This document shows, piece by piece, positions 12,482 through 26,200 of a stretch of 64,000 nt of DNA. The position numbers and the translations under genes are program-made. The stretch's first letter is position 1. Every line of letters starts with the position of its first letter. A model generated the notes under the pieces. That model saw nothing but the letters and a program-made list of their open reading frames with translations. It did not search any database and had not been told where the DNA came from. This stretch comes from Eledone cirrhosa (taxonomy: Eukaryota). The stretch spans positions 370,140,001-370,204,000 of the forward strand of contig OZ024741.1 of assembly GCA_964016885.1 (NCBI GenBank). Direction: 5' to 3'.

Positions 12482-12491
<10 letters not shown>
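12056..12491 (-). mobile_element. 404-bp spacerless palindrome plus 32-nt one-sided tail in (TA)n; probable inverted Penelope-like pLTR pair
   Basis: 12088-12491 is self-complementary about TGA|TCA (12289/12290). The unpaired tail is 12056-12087, with (TA)n on both sides. A degenerate minimal hammerhead lies at 12326-12364. Confidence 0.6.
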
Positions 12492-12520
<29 letters not shown>

Positions 12521-12525
<5 letters not shown>

Positions 12526-12715
12526 AACGAGTAGGACCCCGACGGCTGAGCTCAAGCCGTTTCGACGGCTAATTCTGGACTGAATTAGCCGTCGAAACGG
12601 CTTGAGCTTAGCCGTCGGGGTCCTACTCGTTCCTATTACCCACTCTACTACCCTAAGTATTGAGTACTTTGGTGCGTTATGGTCCGCCATGTTCCTTACC
12701 ACATTTCCTTCGTTA
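12521..12715 (+). mobile_element. Fold-back element with hammerhead 3' half and tail (Penelope-like remnant)
   Basis: 55-bp arms 12521-12575 and 12582-12636 (1 mismatch); GAAA-CGGCT-loop-AGCCG-TC at 12594-12616; tail with GTATTGAGTAC (12657-12667), nearly identical to the tail at 14258-14340. Confidence 0.65.
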
Positions 12716-12718
12716 TAT

Positions 12719-12799
<81 letters not shown>

Positions 12800-12804
<5 letters not shown>

Positions 12805-13085
12805 TTGGTGTTGGATGCTTAAAGCGTCCGTATGCGATAGGCAGTATGAGCACTCGATGCCCTCATAGAACAGAGTATGATATCACAGTATGATATCACA
12901 GAAAAAATGATATCATAGGAAAATCTGCTTCGTAGAATCGAGACGTATCCGAGGACCGCGCGATTTCAGAGTCAGGTTTGACCACCATATCGATCGTGCC
13001 TCGAGCTGGTCACCCGAGAAACAATTGTAATATGTCCAATAAATTCCATTCGTCGCAACACTGATTCTCTTTTTTCTGTGATATA
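12800..13085 (-). mobile_element. Element in (TA)n with short inverted ends, hammerhead 3' half and tail motif
   Basis: ATATCACAGAAAAAA (12893-12907) and TTTTTTCTGTGATAT (13070-13084); minus-strand GAAATCGCGCGGTC (12954-12967); minus-strand GCATCGAGTGC (12850-12860). Confidence 0.5.
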
Positions 13086-13178
13086 TATATATATATAAAG
13101 GAAAGCACAAACAAGGGACTGTCCCCTCTTCAGTTGGCTGCTGGAGGTCACTGACATTTCAACGCATTATGTATATAC

Positions 13179-13300
<122 letters not shown>

Positions 13301-13306
13301 GAGAGT

Positions 13307-13430
13307 CCCGGGTTCAATGGGAGGTAACCTCAGTAAGTAAGGTATTCAATGCCTAGTAGTATATATACAAGATTTAATGTAGAAATGGCTTCTATAGGTC
13401 TAGTACTGTTTCATTGGAAGGAAATGTGTG
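13307..13430 (-). mobile_element. Diverged copy of the 401-555 element
   Basis: cgggttcaat.ggaggtaacc.cagtaagtaaggta and cttcta.agg.ctag.actgtttcatt are shared with 412-513. Confidence 0.65.
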
Positions 13431-13677
13431 CACCTACTTGTATATGGGTATATTTACATTGTAACGATCACATGTACTCCCCCCTCCCTCTTTCCTCCAC
13501 TCTTCATGCTTTTGTTTACTTTAATAAGCTACGACCATTCACTATATACATTACGACTATACATACGGAATAGTTCATCTTACTAAACATTGTTTTGAGG
13601 AACCAGTAGTATTGGTGAAACATCGTAACAAACGGGGGGCGGGGGGTTAACAAAACAAATATTAATTTCCCTATACA

Positions 13678-13782
13678 AATAATTGTTTCTACTTTAGGCA
13701 CAAGGCCGGCAATTACCCAGTGCATTACTGCTACTTTATTTTATCGACCCCGTAAGGATGAAAGACAAAGTCAACCTCGGCC
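13678..13782 (-). mobile_element. SINE 3' portion
   Basis: aataattgtttctactttaggcacaaggccggcaattacccagtgcattactg...ttatcgaccccgtaaggatgaaag; same subfamily as 10540-11270. Confidence 0.8.
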
Positions 13783-13911
13783 AAATAATACTTAGTTGAG
13801 AGCATCTTTATATATTTAGAGTATTTAAATACAGAGGAAAACATAAAATAAACTAAACATTTATGTGTTTGTGCACATGCATCAATTGTGTATTTTCTCT
13901 ATGGACTGTAT

Positions 13912-13987
<76 letters not shown>

Positions 13988-14183
13988 CCTCTCTTTACGT
14001 TGCCTCGCCATTCATGTTTGTTTACCTGTCTCTCTTTCTCCACCCAATTCTTTTCATCCCAATAACTTATTTTAGTTATTGTTCGCGCTAGCCTGAGGTA
14101 TCTGGTCTTTAATGCGAAGAAATACCTATGATGGCTAGTAGATCACTGACGATGGATTATTTCTAATTCTTCATTTTAATTTG

Positions 14184-14214
<31 letters not shown>

Positions 14215-14218
<4 letters not shown>

Positions 14219-14341
14219 GAAAAGAAACAGGATCCCGGGTTCCTGACTCTTTTCCTATTATCCACTCTACTACCCCAAGTATCGAGTACTTTGGTGCGTT
14301 ATGGTCCACCTGGTTTCTTACCACACTTTCTTTGTTATTAA
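14215..14341 (+). mobile_element. Shorter fold-back copy of the 12521 element
   Basis: ATAGGAAAAGA..CAGGATCCC|GGGTTCCTG..TCTTTTCCTAT hairpin followed by the same tail (GTATCGAGTAC 14279-14289), directly after (TA)n. Confidence 0.65.
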
Positions 14342-14463
14342 TATTTTCGCAAGAAAAATCCACCCCATCAGTCCCACATTTACTTCTTTATCTAATAAAT
14401 ACATGATGTATATATTTATAATCTACGCCATGAATCCACTTCTATGTCTTCTGTTTGTTAAAG

Positions 14464-14537
<74 letters not shown>

Positions 14538-14741
14538 GAGATGGAGACGTAGAGAGAAATATTGAGAGAGTGAGAGAGAGTGCGACCATCTAAATATATC
14601 CACCCATCTAAATACATACCCGATTTAGTCAACTATTAATATGGTTATCTGCATTATGGCGATTATATTTGCAAAGAGGAATAGAGAAAGAGGTACATGC
14701 ATACATGTGTTGTTTTAGATGCACACATTATGTGAATAACC

Positions 14742-14965
14742 ATATTTGTTTCTACATTTGGCACTGGGTCAATAATTTGAAAGGAAGGGGAAAGTCGATT
14801 AAATTGCCCCCAGTCTTTCACGATATTTTAATTTATCGATCTCGGAAAGGTAAAAGGCTAGGTTGATCTCAGTGAGATTTGAACTGGGAACGTAATTAGT
14901 TTAGTTATAACTCAATAACTCTGAAACATTTTATCCGACGCCCAAATGATTCTACCAATCCAGCG
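14742..14965 (-). mobile_element. Diverged near-full-length SINE copy
   Basis: tttctacatttggcac...aagtcgattaaattg...tttatcgatctcggaaagg...gagatttgaact...gattctaccaatc. Confidence 0.7.
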
Positions 14966-15529
14966 TTATCAGCCATACGAGTTCGCTCCCCGGGTCGCTC
15001 TGACCTAGTTGTAGAGCCTGACACCATCTCCACTTCCTCCTTTCTTTCTTTCGTTGCTTAATAGTCCTTGTTCTTTCCCCCCTTTCCTCTCATTTACGGC
15101 ATTTATAGTCCTTTCCCATACTACCTTATTTTCCTATATGTTTGACTAAATATTAAATTCTTTATTAAAAAAAAATCTAAGTTTTTGATCAATGGTAACC
15201 GAGATGTTATGTAGCTTATAGGTTTGCTGGTTCTATTTTAAAACCGTAGTGATCCATTTATATACAGCAGTAAATTATTCAAAAGCACAAAGCAGACCTT
15301 ATTTAGTAAGAACAAAAAGGGGAGGGGAGGGGAGAAAAGGAAAGAGAGAATAGGGAAATATATATATAAAAAAAAAGAAGTATTTTTACCCTAGAAATAT
15401 ATTTGAGTATCAGTATGTTGAATTAAAATAATTGTTCTTATTAAAAATACAAAATCTTGACCTTCCGTAGTTCTCGTGGAGATTTAGGGGCACATAAATA
15501 TAGGGTAAACATATAGCTGCTAGGAAACA

Positions 15530-15625
15530 AATTGTCTTGCTCAAGACTACAACCCACACCCAAGGATTGAACTCATAGCATTACGGTTGTGACCCGTGCA
15601 ATCTCCCCTCTAAACCACGAAAATT
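15530..15625 (-). mobile_element. Head of a second tRNA-derived SINE family
   Basis: Reverse B box ggattgaactc, with tgtcttgctcaagactacaac, homologous to 17065-17190. Confidence 0.5.
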
Positions 15626-15726
15626 AACTGCAGAGGTAGTACTTAAAATACCTTTACAACAAATAAAACGTTGCCGTGCTACGCTGTTCAGAGGTATGTG
15701 AAATATTAAAGCTGAACACACACACA

Positions 15727-15811
<85 letters not shown>

Positions 15812-15874
15812 ATATATATATATATATACACACGTACACAAGCATACACTCACACACATACAGATATATAGATA

Positions 15875-17010
15875 AATTTCTTTATTAGCCACAAGGGCAC
15901 AAAAGAAGGAGACAAATACAAATGGGGAGTTTACATACAGGTATATGAAAATAAAACTATTAATAAAACAACAAATAACAATTGAAATCCCCAATAGGGG
16001 GGGGTGTTACACAGGGGTTGTACACACCCCGAAAAAATGTACAACCCTCATCTCCAGGAGCACCAAGAGTGAGTACTCCCTTCCTCTCTTCCTCTTTTTC
16101 CTCAACCTACAGGCTTATATAGAGAGAAGGCCCGACCACTCGGGCCATCTTTGCCACATTCACCCACCTTTTATAAAATTTGCTGGGGTACAGCACCTCT
16201 CTCACCATCCTGATTCTTCTTCCAAAATGATATTTGAAAAAACGAATCAGTTGCTCGCCGGAGAGAAAGGTGTCTGACCTCAGCCCTTTTAACCTCGTCC
16301 ACCATATAACCTCTTTCACCATAGCCATAACACATAGGAAAAGCGCCTCTCCCTCGTTTTGGAAGGAGGGTGGCGGTTTGATCATGACAATGGACTCAGT
16401 GGTCAACTGGATTGGTCCCACCCGCGACAATAGTCGTTCTACATAGCCCCACAGGTCGGTAACGCCCGGGCAGTGTACAAATGCGTGTGCGACGGCTTCC
16501 TCGTCGCGCACGCATCTCGGACAGATCTTTTTCGAAGGGTCCCTACCCGGGCGCCCGTGTCTGTAGAGCTTGTCTCGAACTTGTAGAGCTCCTCGGTAGC
16601 ACTGCCAGGCCAGGGACTTTTGGAAGTTGTCCATCGGTCCCGGGCGGAAGGTTCTACCGAACAGACTGGCCAGTTCGTCTTCCTCTACGCCTAAAGTTTC
16701 ACCGAGCGCGTCGTCGCACTTGCTGCGGACCAACCCTCTATAGAATGACGAAGTGGAGTCTCCACTGATCGCCGGGTCCGCCTGCCAGAGGGCTGTGAGC
16801 GCCTGAGCACATTCGATATGCCAGTCACCCATTTTCCTCGGTCTTTGCTTGACCCAGGTCTGCAGCTCGGTCAGCGAGACGAGTCGTGGGAAGGCTCGCC
16901 TCACGAACGGGGCCCAGACCGGTTGTCCGGTGAGGAATACGTGGAGGGAGGTGCCGTAGCCTGAGCGCGTGTTTGCGCATCGTCAGCCACGGCACCACCA
17001 GCCCTCCTGT
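15875..17010 (-). mobile_element. 5'-truncated non-LTR retrotransposon (Tx1/L1-like): ORF2 C-terminus plus 3'UTR
   Basis: GGLxxPWL post-RT motif and zinc knuckle CPRC-x8-HAFVHC in ORF 16107..16904; frameshift near 16945; the 3' end reads GTGGCTAATAAAGAAAT on the minus strand. Confidence 0.85.
16107..16904 (-). pseudogene. LINE ORF2 C-terminal fragment (zf-RVT/CCHC region); no RT core or endonuclease
   Basis: 265-aa ORF with W..YRGAL.V..KLY and CPRC...E...HAFVHCP...LW; truncated upstream. Confidence 0.8.
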
Positions 17011-17064
17011 TTGATAGATAGATAGATACATATATACATATATATATACATATGTATATGGTCT

Positions 17065-17190
17065 GTGTGAAGGCACATAGCTTAGTAGTTAGAGTTTTGG
17101 GTTTACAATCACGTGGTTGTGCGTTCGATTCCCAAACCCGGCCGTGCATTGTGTCCTTCGGTAATACACTTTATTTCACATTGCTCCAGT
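17065..17190 (+). mobile_element. tRNA-derived SINE head with CORE-like segment
   Basis: A box TAGCTTAGTAGTTAG, B box GTTCGATTCCC, then GTGTCCTTCGGTAATACACTTTATTTCACATTGCTCCAGT, resembling the CORE-SINE motif GTGACCTTGGGCAAGTCACTT. Confidence 0.7.
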
Positions 17191-17362
17191 TATGTATGTG
17201 TGCGTGTATGTGTGTGAGTGTGAGTATGTATGTGTGCGCGTGTGTGTGTGTGTTTATTTGAAATATTTGTCCCGCTAGAATACTAGGCGATCAGGTAACC
17301 GGAAAACGAGGCACCTGAATTAAAATTTTCTAAATGCTTCTTAAGTCAAGGAGATGTCTACA

Positions 17363-18930
17363 CTCACGTACTCACACACATACATTCACACGTACACACA
17401 CTCACACACATACATTCACATGTACACACACTCACACACATACATTCACACGTACACACACTCACACACATACATTCACACGTACACACACTCACACACA
17501 TACATTCACATGTACACACACTCACACACATACATTCACACGTACACACACTCACACACATACATTCACATGTACACACACTCACACACATACATTCACA
17601 CGTACACACACTCACACACATACATTCACACGTACACACACTCACACACATACATTCACATGTACACACACTCACACACATACATTCACACGTACACACA
17701 CTCACACACATACATTCACACGTACACACACTCACACACATACATTCACATGTACACACACTCACACACATACATTCACACGTACACACACTCACACACA
17801 TACATTCACATGTACACACACTCACACACATACATTCACACGTACACACACTCACACACATACATTCACACGTACACACACTCACACACATACATTCACA
17901 TGTACACACACTCACACACATACATTCACACGTACACACACTCACACACATACATTCACATGTACACACACTCACATACATACATTCTCACGTACACACA
18001 CTCACACACATACATTCACACGTACTCAAACTGACTCACATACATTCACACGTACACACACTCACACACATACATTCACACGTACACACACACATACACT
18101 TTCACGTACACACAAGCACACATACATTCACACGTACTCAAACTGACTCACATACATTCACACGTACACACACTCATACACATACATTCACACGGACTCA
18201 AACTGACTCACATATATTCTCACGTACACACACTCACACACATACATTCACACGTACACACACTCACACACATACATTCGCACGTACACACACTCATACA
18301 CATACATTCACACGGACTCAAACTGACTCACATACATTCACACGTACACACACTCACACACATACATTCACACGTACACACACTCACACACATACATTCA
18401 CACGTACACACACTCACGCACATACATTCGCACGTACTCAAACTGACTCACATACATTCACACGTACACACACTCACACACATACATTCACACATACATA
18501 CACTCACACACATACATTCACACGTACACACACTCATACACATACATTCACACGTACACACACTCATACACATACATTCACACGGACTCAAACTGACTCA
18601 CATATATTCTCACGTACACACACTCACACACATACATTCACACATACACACACTCACACACATACATTCACACGTACACACACTCACACACATACATTCG
18701 CACGTACACACACTCACACACATACATTCACACGTACACACACACACACACACACACTTTCACGTACACACACTCACACACATACATTCACACGTACACA
18801 CAAACACACACTTTCACGTACACACACTCACACACATACATTCACACGTACACACACTCACACACATACATTCACACGTACACACACTCACACACATACA
18901 TTCGCACGTACTCAAACTGACTCACATACA
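17363..18930. repeat. 30-bp minisatellite, about 52 units
   Basis: Unit CAYGTACACACACTCACACACATACATTCA; the left half is homogeneous and the right half carries a GTACTCAAACTGACT variant. Confidence 0.97.
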
Positions 18931-19044
18931 AATATACACACAAGTACGTATACATGTCTAGTTATGTGTATATGATGTCAACATGTATAATTCGATAAAT
19001 ATTATACGCATGCATTCCTCTTCATTACTGCGATGATCCATTGA

Positions 19045-19144
19045 ACACATACACACTCACATGCATATATATATATACATACACACACACATATATATAC
19101 ATATATATATATATACACACACACATACATATATATATATATAC

Positions 19145-19202
<58 letters not shown>

Positions 19203-19258
19203 GTATATAGATATATAAATATAGATATATATATATATACATATATAAATATACACAC

Positions 19259-19346
<88 letters not shown>

Positions 19347-19347
19347 G

Positions 19348-19446
<99 letters not shown>

Positions 19447-19530
19447 GCACACACATATCTATATGTATATATGTATCTATCTATATATTTTTCTCCACAT
19501 ATATATCTGTGCGTGTGTGTGTATGTGTGT
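19045..19530. repeat. (TA)n/(CA)n compound microsatellite
   Basis: Direct observation. Confidence 0.95.
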
Positions 19531-19659
19531 ACAGGAGCAATTAATTCCTGTTAATTAGTTTTTCAGCCAAGATAATTAGGTCTATATTGACACATATAAT
19601 TAGAGTTGTAGTTGAGCTAACTTGCCATTCGCTACACATCTATGCAGGTCTATGTAAGC

Positions 19660-20180
19660 ACACACACACTAACGAAGGCACACACTCACAGACACACACT
19701 CACAGACACACACAGACACAGACACACACACACACACTCACAAACACAGATACACACTCACAGACACACAGACGCACACACACAGACACACACACTCACA
19801 AATACAGACGCACACACACACACACACATACACACAGACACTCAGAGACGCACACACACACACACATACACGCACACACTCACAGACACAGACACAGACA
19901 CACACACATTCACAGACAGAGACACAGACACACACAAACACTCACAAACACAGACACACACACACTCACAGACAGAGACACACACACACACATAGTCACG
20001 AACACAGACACACACACACTCGCAAACACACACATACACACACACTCCGAGACAGAGAGACAGACACACACACACTCAGAGACAGACACACAGACACACA
20101 CACACTCACAAACACAGACACACACACACAGACACGCACATACAGAGACACACAAACAGACACACACACACACACAGACA
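19660..20180. repeat. Degenerate CA/CAGA low-complexity tract
   Basis: CACACAGACACACACTCACA-type variants. Confidence 0.9.
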
Positions 20181-20219
20181 TAATGAGCGTGGTTGTTGAA
20201 CATACTATTTGCTTTCTAA

Positions 20220-23200
20220 ACACACACACCAAAACACAGACACCCACTTACACACAGACCAAAATACAGACATCCACTTACACACACACCCAAACACCCC
20301 CCTTATACACAGAACAAAATGCAGACACCCATTTACACACAGACCAATACAAAGACATCCACTTACACACACACCCAAACACAGACACCCACTTATACAC
20401 AGACCCTAACACAGACGCCCACTTACACACAGAACAAAATACAGACATCCATTTACACACCCACCAAGACAAAGACACCCACTTACACACAGACCAAAAC
20501 ACATACATCCATTTACACAGAGACCAAAATACAGAAAACCACTTACACACACACCAAAGCACAGTCACCCACTTAAACACAAACATAAACAGACATACAC
20601 GTACACACAGATCAAAACACAGACAGCCACTTACACACACAGCAAAAACACAGACACCCACTTACACACAGAACAAAACACAAACACCCACTTACACACA
20701 CACGAAAACACATACACCTACTTACACACACACCAAAACACAGACATCCACTTACACTCAGACCAAAACACATACATCCACTTACAGACACCCACTTACA
20801 CACACACGAAAACACATACACCTACTTACGCACACGCCAAAGCACAGTCACCTACTTACGCACACACCAAAGCACAGACACCGACTAATACACACACCAA
20901 AACAAATACACCCACTTACGTACACACAAAAACACATACATCCACTTACAGACAAAAACACAGACACACACTTACACACAGACCATAACACAGCTCTGAG
21001 CACAGACACCGACTTACACACACACTAAAACACATACACCTACTTACGCACACACCAAAGCACAGACACCCACTTACACACAGACCAAAACACATACATC
21101 CATTTACACAGAGACCAAAATACAGAAAACCACTTACACACACACCAAAGCACAGTCACCCACTTAAACACAAACATAAACAGACATACACGTACACACA
21201 GATCAAAACACAGACAGCCACTTACACACACAGCAAAAACACAGACACCCACTTACACACAGAACAAAACACAAACACCCACTTACACACACACGAAAAC
21301 ACATACACCTACTTACACACACACCAAAACACAGACATCCACTTACACTCAGACCAAAACACATACATCCACTTACAGACACCCACTTACACACACACGA
21401 AAACACATACACCTACTTACGCACACGCCAAAGCACAGTCACCTACTTACGCACACACCAAAGCACAGACACCGACTAATACACACACCAAAACAAATAC
21501 ACCCACTTACGTACACACAAAAACACATACATCCACTTACAGACAAAAACACAGACACACACTTACACACAGACCATAACACAGCTCTGAGCACAGACAC
21601 CGACTTACACACACACTAAAACACATACACCTACTTACGCACACACCAAAGCACAGACACCCACTTACACACAGACCAAAACACAGACACCAACTTATAC
21701 ACAGACCAAAACACATACACCCACTTACACACACACATAAACACAGACACCCACTTACACACAGAGCAAAACACAGACACCAACTTATCAGACGCCAAAA
21801 CACAGACACCCACTTACGCACACACAAAAACACATACATCCACTTACAGACACCCACTTACGTACAGACCAAAACACAGACACACACTTACACACAGACA
21901 TAACACAGACACACACTTACGCACAGACCTAAGCACAGACACCTACTTACACACAGACCAAAACACATACGCCCATTTACACACACACCGAAATACAACA
22001 TCCACTTACACAGAGACCAAAACGCAGACACCCACTTACACACAGACCAAAACACAGACACACACTTACACACAGACCAAAACACAGACACCCACTTACA
22101 CACAGCCCAAAACACAGACACCCACTTACACACACACTAAACACAGACATCCATTTACACACAGACCAAAACACATACATCCACTTACACACAGAACTAA
22201 ACACAGACACCCACTTACACACACACCAAAACACTGTGTGTAAGTTGGTGAATGTGTTTTGGTCTGTGTGTCAGACCAAAACACATTCACCAACTTACAC
22301 ACACACTAAACACAGACACTCATTTACACTCAGACCAAAACACAGACATCCACATACACACAGACCTAAACACAGACACCCACTTACATACACACCAAAA
22401 CACAGACACCCACTTACACACACCAAAACACAGACATCCACTTACAAACAGACCAAAACACAGACACCCACTTACACACACAAAAAGACAGACACCCACT
22501 TACACATAGACCAAAACACATACACCCACTTACACACAGACCAAAACACAGACACTCACATACACACAAAAAAAATACTACACCCACTTACACACGCACA
22601 AAAACACAGACACCCACTTACACACGGACCAAAACACAGACACCCACTTACACACACAGCAAAAAACAGACACCTACTTACACACACACCAAAACACATA
22701 CAACCACTTACACCAAGACCAAAACACAGACATCCACTTACACACAGACCAAAACACAGACACCCACTTACACACACACCAAAACACAAACACCCACTTA
22801 CACACAGACCAAAACACATATACCCACTTACACACAGACCTAAACACAGACACCCACTTACACACACACCAAAACACAGACACCCACTTACACACAGACC
22901 TAAGAACAGACACCCACTTACACACACAGCAAAACACAGACACCTACTTACACACAGACCAAAACACATACACCCACTTCAACACACACCGAAATACAAC
23001 ATCTACTTACACAGAGACCAAAACACAGACACACACTTACACACAAACCAAAACACAGACACACACTTACACACAGAACAAAACACGGACACCCACTTAC
23101 ACACAGACCAAAACACATTCACCAACTTACACACACACTAAACAGAGACACCCATTTACACACACATCAAAACACGGACACACACTTACAAACAGTCGAA

Positions 23201-26200
23201 AACACAGACATCCACTTACACACAGACCAAAACACAGACACCTACTTACACACACAAAAAGACAGACACCCACTTACCCATAGACCAAAACATATACACC
23301 CACTTACACACAGACCAAAACACAGGCACCCACTTACACACAGACGAACACACAGACATCGACTTAGACACAGACCAAAACACAGACACCCACTTACACA
23401 CACACCAAAAAACATACACCCACTTACACACAGACGAACACACAGACATCCACTTAGACACAGACCAAAACACAGACACCCAATTACACACACACAAAAA
23501 GACAGACACCCACTTACACATAGACCAAAACACATACACCCATTTACACACAGACCAAAACACAGACACCCACTTACACACACACCAAAACACAGACACC
23601 CACTTATACACAGACCAAAACACAGACAACCAGTTACACACACACCAAAACACATACATCCACTTACATACACACCAAAACACAGAGACCCACTTACACA
23701 CACACCAAAATACTGAGAACCACTTACACACAGATCAAAAAATAGCAAACCCTACTTACACACATACCAAAACACAGACACCCACTTACACACACAACAA
23801 AAAACAGATACCCACGTACAAACACACCAAAATACAGACACCCACTTACACACAGATCAAAACACATACACCCACTTACACACACACCAAAATACAGACA
23901 CCCACTTACACACACACCAAAACACTAACACCCACTTACACACGCACACTAAAACACAGACACCCACTTACAAACACACAAAAACATTAACACCCATTTA
24001 CACACAGACCCATACACATATACCCACTTAGACACAGACCTAAACACAGACACCCACTTACATACACACCAAATTACAGTCACCCACTTACACACAGACC
24101 AAAACACAGACACCCACTTACACACAGATCAAAACACATACACCCACTTACACACACACCAAAATACAGACACCCACTTACACACACATGAAAACACAGA
24201 CACCCACTTACACACGGACGAAAACACAGATACCCACTTACACACAAAAAAAGATCGACACCCACTTACCCATAGACGAAAACACATACACCCACTTACA
24301 CACGGACCAAAACACAGACACCCACGTACACATACACCAAAACACAGACACCTACTTACACACACACCAAAACATAAACACCTACTTACACACAGACCAA
24401 AACACAGACATCCATTTACACACAGACCAAAACACAAACACTCACTTACACAGACAAAAACACATACATCCACTTACACACAGACCTAAACACAGACAGC
24501 CATTTACACTCAGACCAAAACACAGACATCCATTTACACACAGACCTTAACACAGACATCCACTTACACACACACCAGTCACCCACTTACACACAGACCA
24601 AAACATACACACCCACTTACAAACAGACCAAAATACAGACAACCACTTACACACACACCAAAACACAGACACACACAAACACTAAGACCAGAACACAGAC
24701 ACCCAATTACACACAGACCAAAACAGAGACACCCACATACACACACACACTAAAACACAGACACCTACTTACACACACACCAAAACACATACATCCTCTT
24801 ACACGAAGACCAGAACACAGACACCCACTGACACACACCTAAACACAGACACCCATTTACACACACACCAAAACACAGACACCCCTTTACACACAGACCA
24901 AAATACAGACACTCACTTACAATTAGACCAAAATACAGACACCCACTTACATACAGACCCATACACATATACCCACTTACACACAGACGTAAACATAGAC
25001 ACACACTTACACACACACCAAAATACAGACACCCACTTACACACACCAAAACACAGACATCCACTTACACACACCCCAAAACAAAGACACCCACTTACAC
25101 ACAGACCTAAGAACAGACACCCACTTACACACACAGCAAAACACAGACACCCACTTACACACACATGAAAACACAGACACCCACTTACACACAGATGAAA
25201 ACACAGATACCCACTTACACACAAAGAAAGATCGACACCCACTTACCCATAGACGAAAACACATACACCCACTTACACACAGACCAAAACACAGGCACCC
25301 ACTTACACACAGACGAACACACAGACATCGACTTAGACACAGACCAAAATACAGACACCCACTTACACACACACCAAAAAACAGACAGCCACTTACACAC
25401 AGACGAACACACATACATCCACTTACACACAGACCTAAACACAGACACCCACTTACAGACACACCAAAACACAGACACCCACTTACACACACACCAAAAT
25501 ACAGACACTCACTTACAATCAGACCAAAACACAGACAACCACTTACACACACACCTAAACACAGACACATACAAAAACACTGACCAGAACACAGACACCC
25601 ACTTACACACAGACCAAAACACAGACATCCACTTATACACAGACTAAAACACAGACACCCACTTACACACAGACCAAAACACATACATCCACTTACACAC
25701 ACACCAAAACACGGACACCCACTTAGACACAGACCAAAACACATTCACCAACTTACACACACACTAAACAGAGACACCCAGTTACACACACACTAAACAC
25801 AGACACCCATTTACACTCAGACCAAAACACAGACATCCACATACACACAGACCTAAACACAGACACCCACTTACATACAGACCAAAACACAGACACCCAA
25901 TTACACACAGACCAAAACACATACATCCACTTACACACACACCAAAACACAGGCACCCACGTATGCAAACACCAAAACACAGCCACCCACTTACACACAG
26001 ATCAAAACACAGACACTCAATTACACACACACACCAAAACACAGACACCCACCTACAAACACACCGAAACATTGACACCCATTTACACACATACCCACTT
26101 AGCCACAGACCTAAACACAGACATCCACTTACACACAGACCAAAATCAGACACACACTTACACACAGACCAAAACAGAGACAGCACTTACACACAGACCA

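Noticed and set aside
13095-13165. Minus-strand CTGAAGA-GGGGAC-A-GTCCC hammerhead
   Set aside because: No GAAA follows stem II; GAAATGTC lies on the wrong side, so at best a rearranged remnant.
14140-14190. CTGACGA hammerhead core
   Set aside because: No stem II or GAAA downstream.
17065-17145. tRNA gene
   Set aside because: A and B boxes are present but there is no clean cloverleaf, and it runs into a SINE body.
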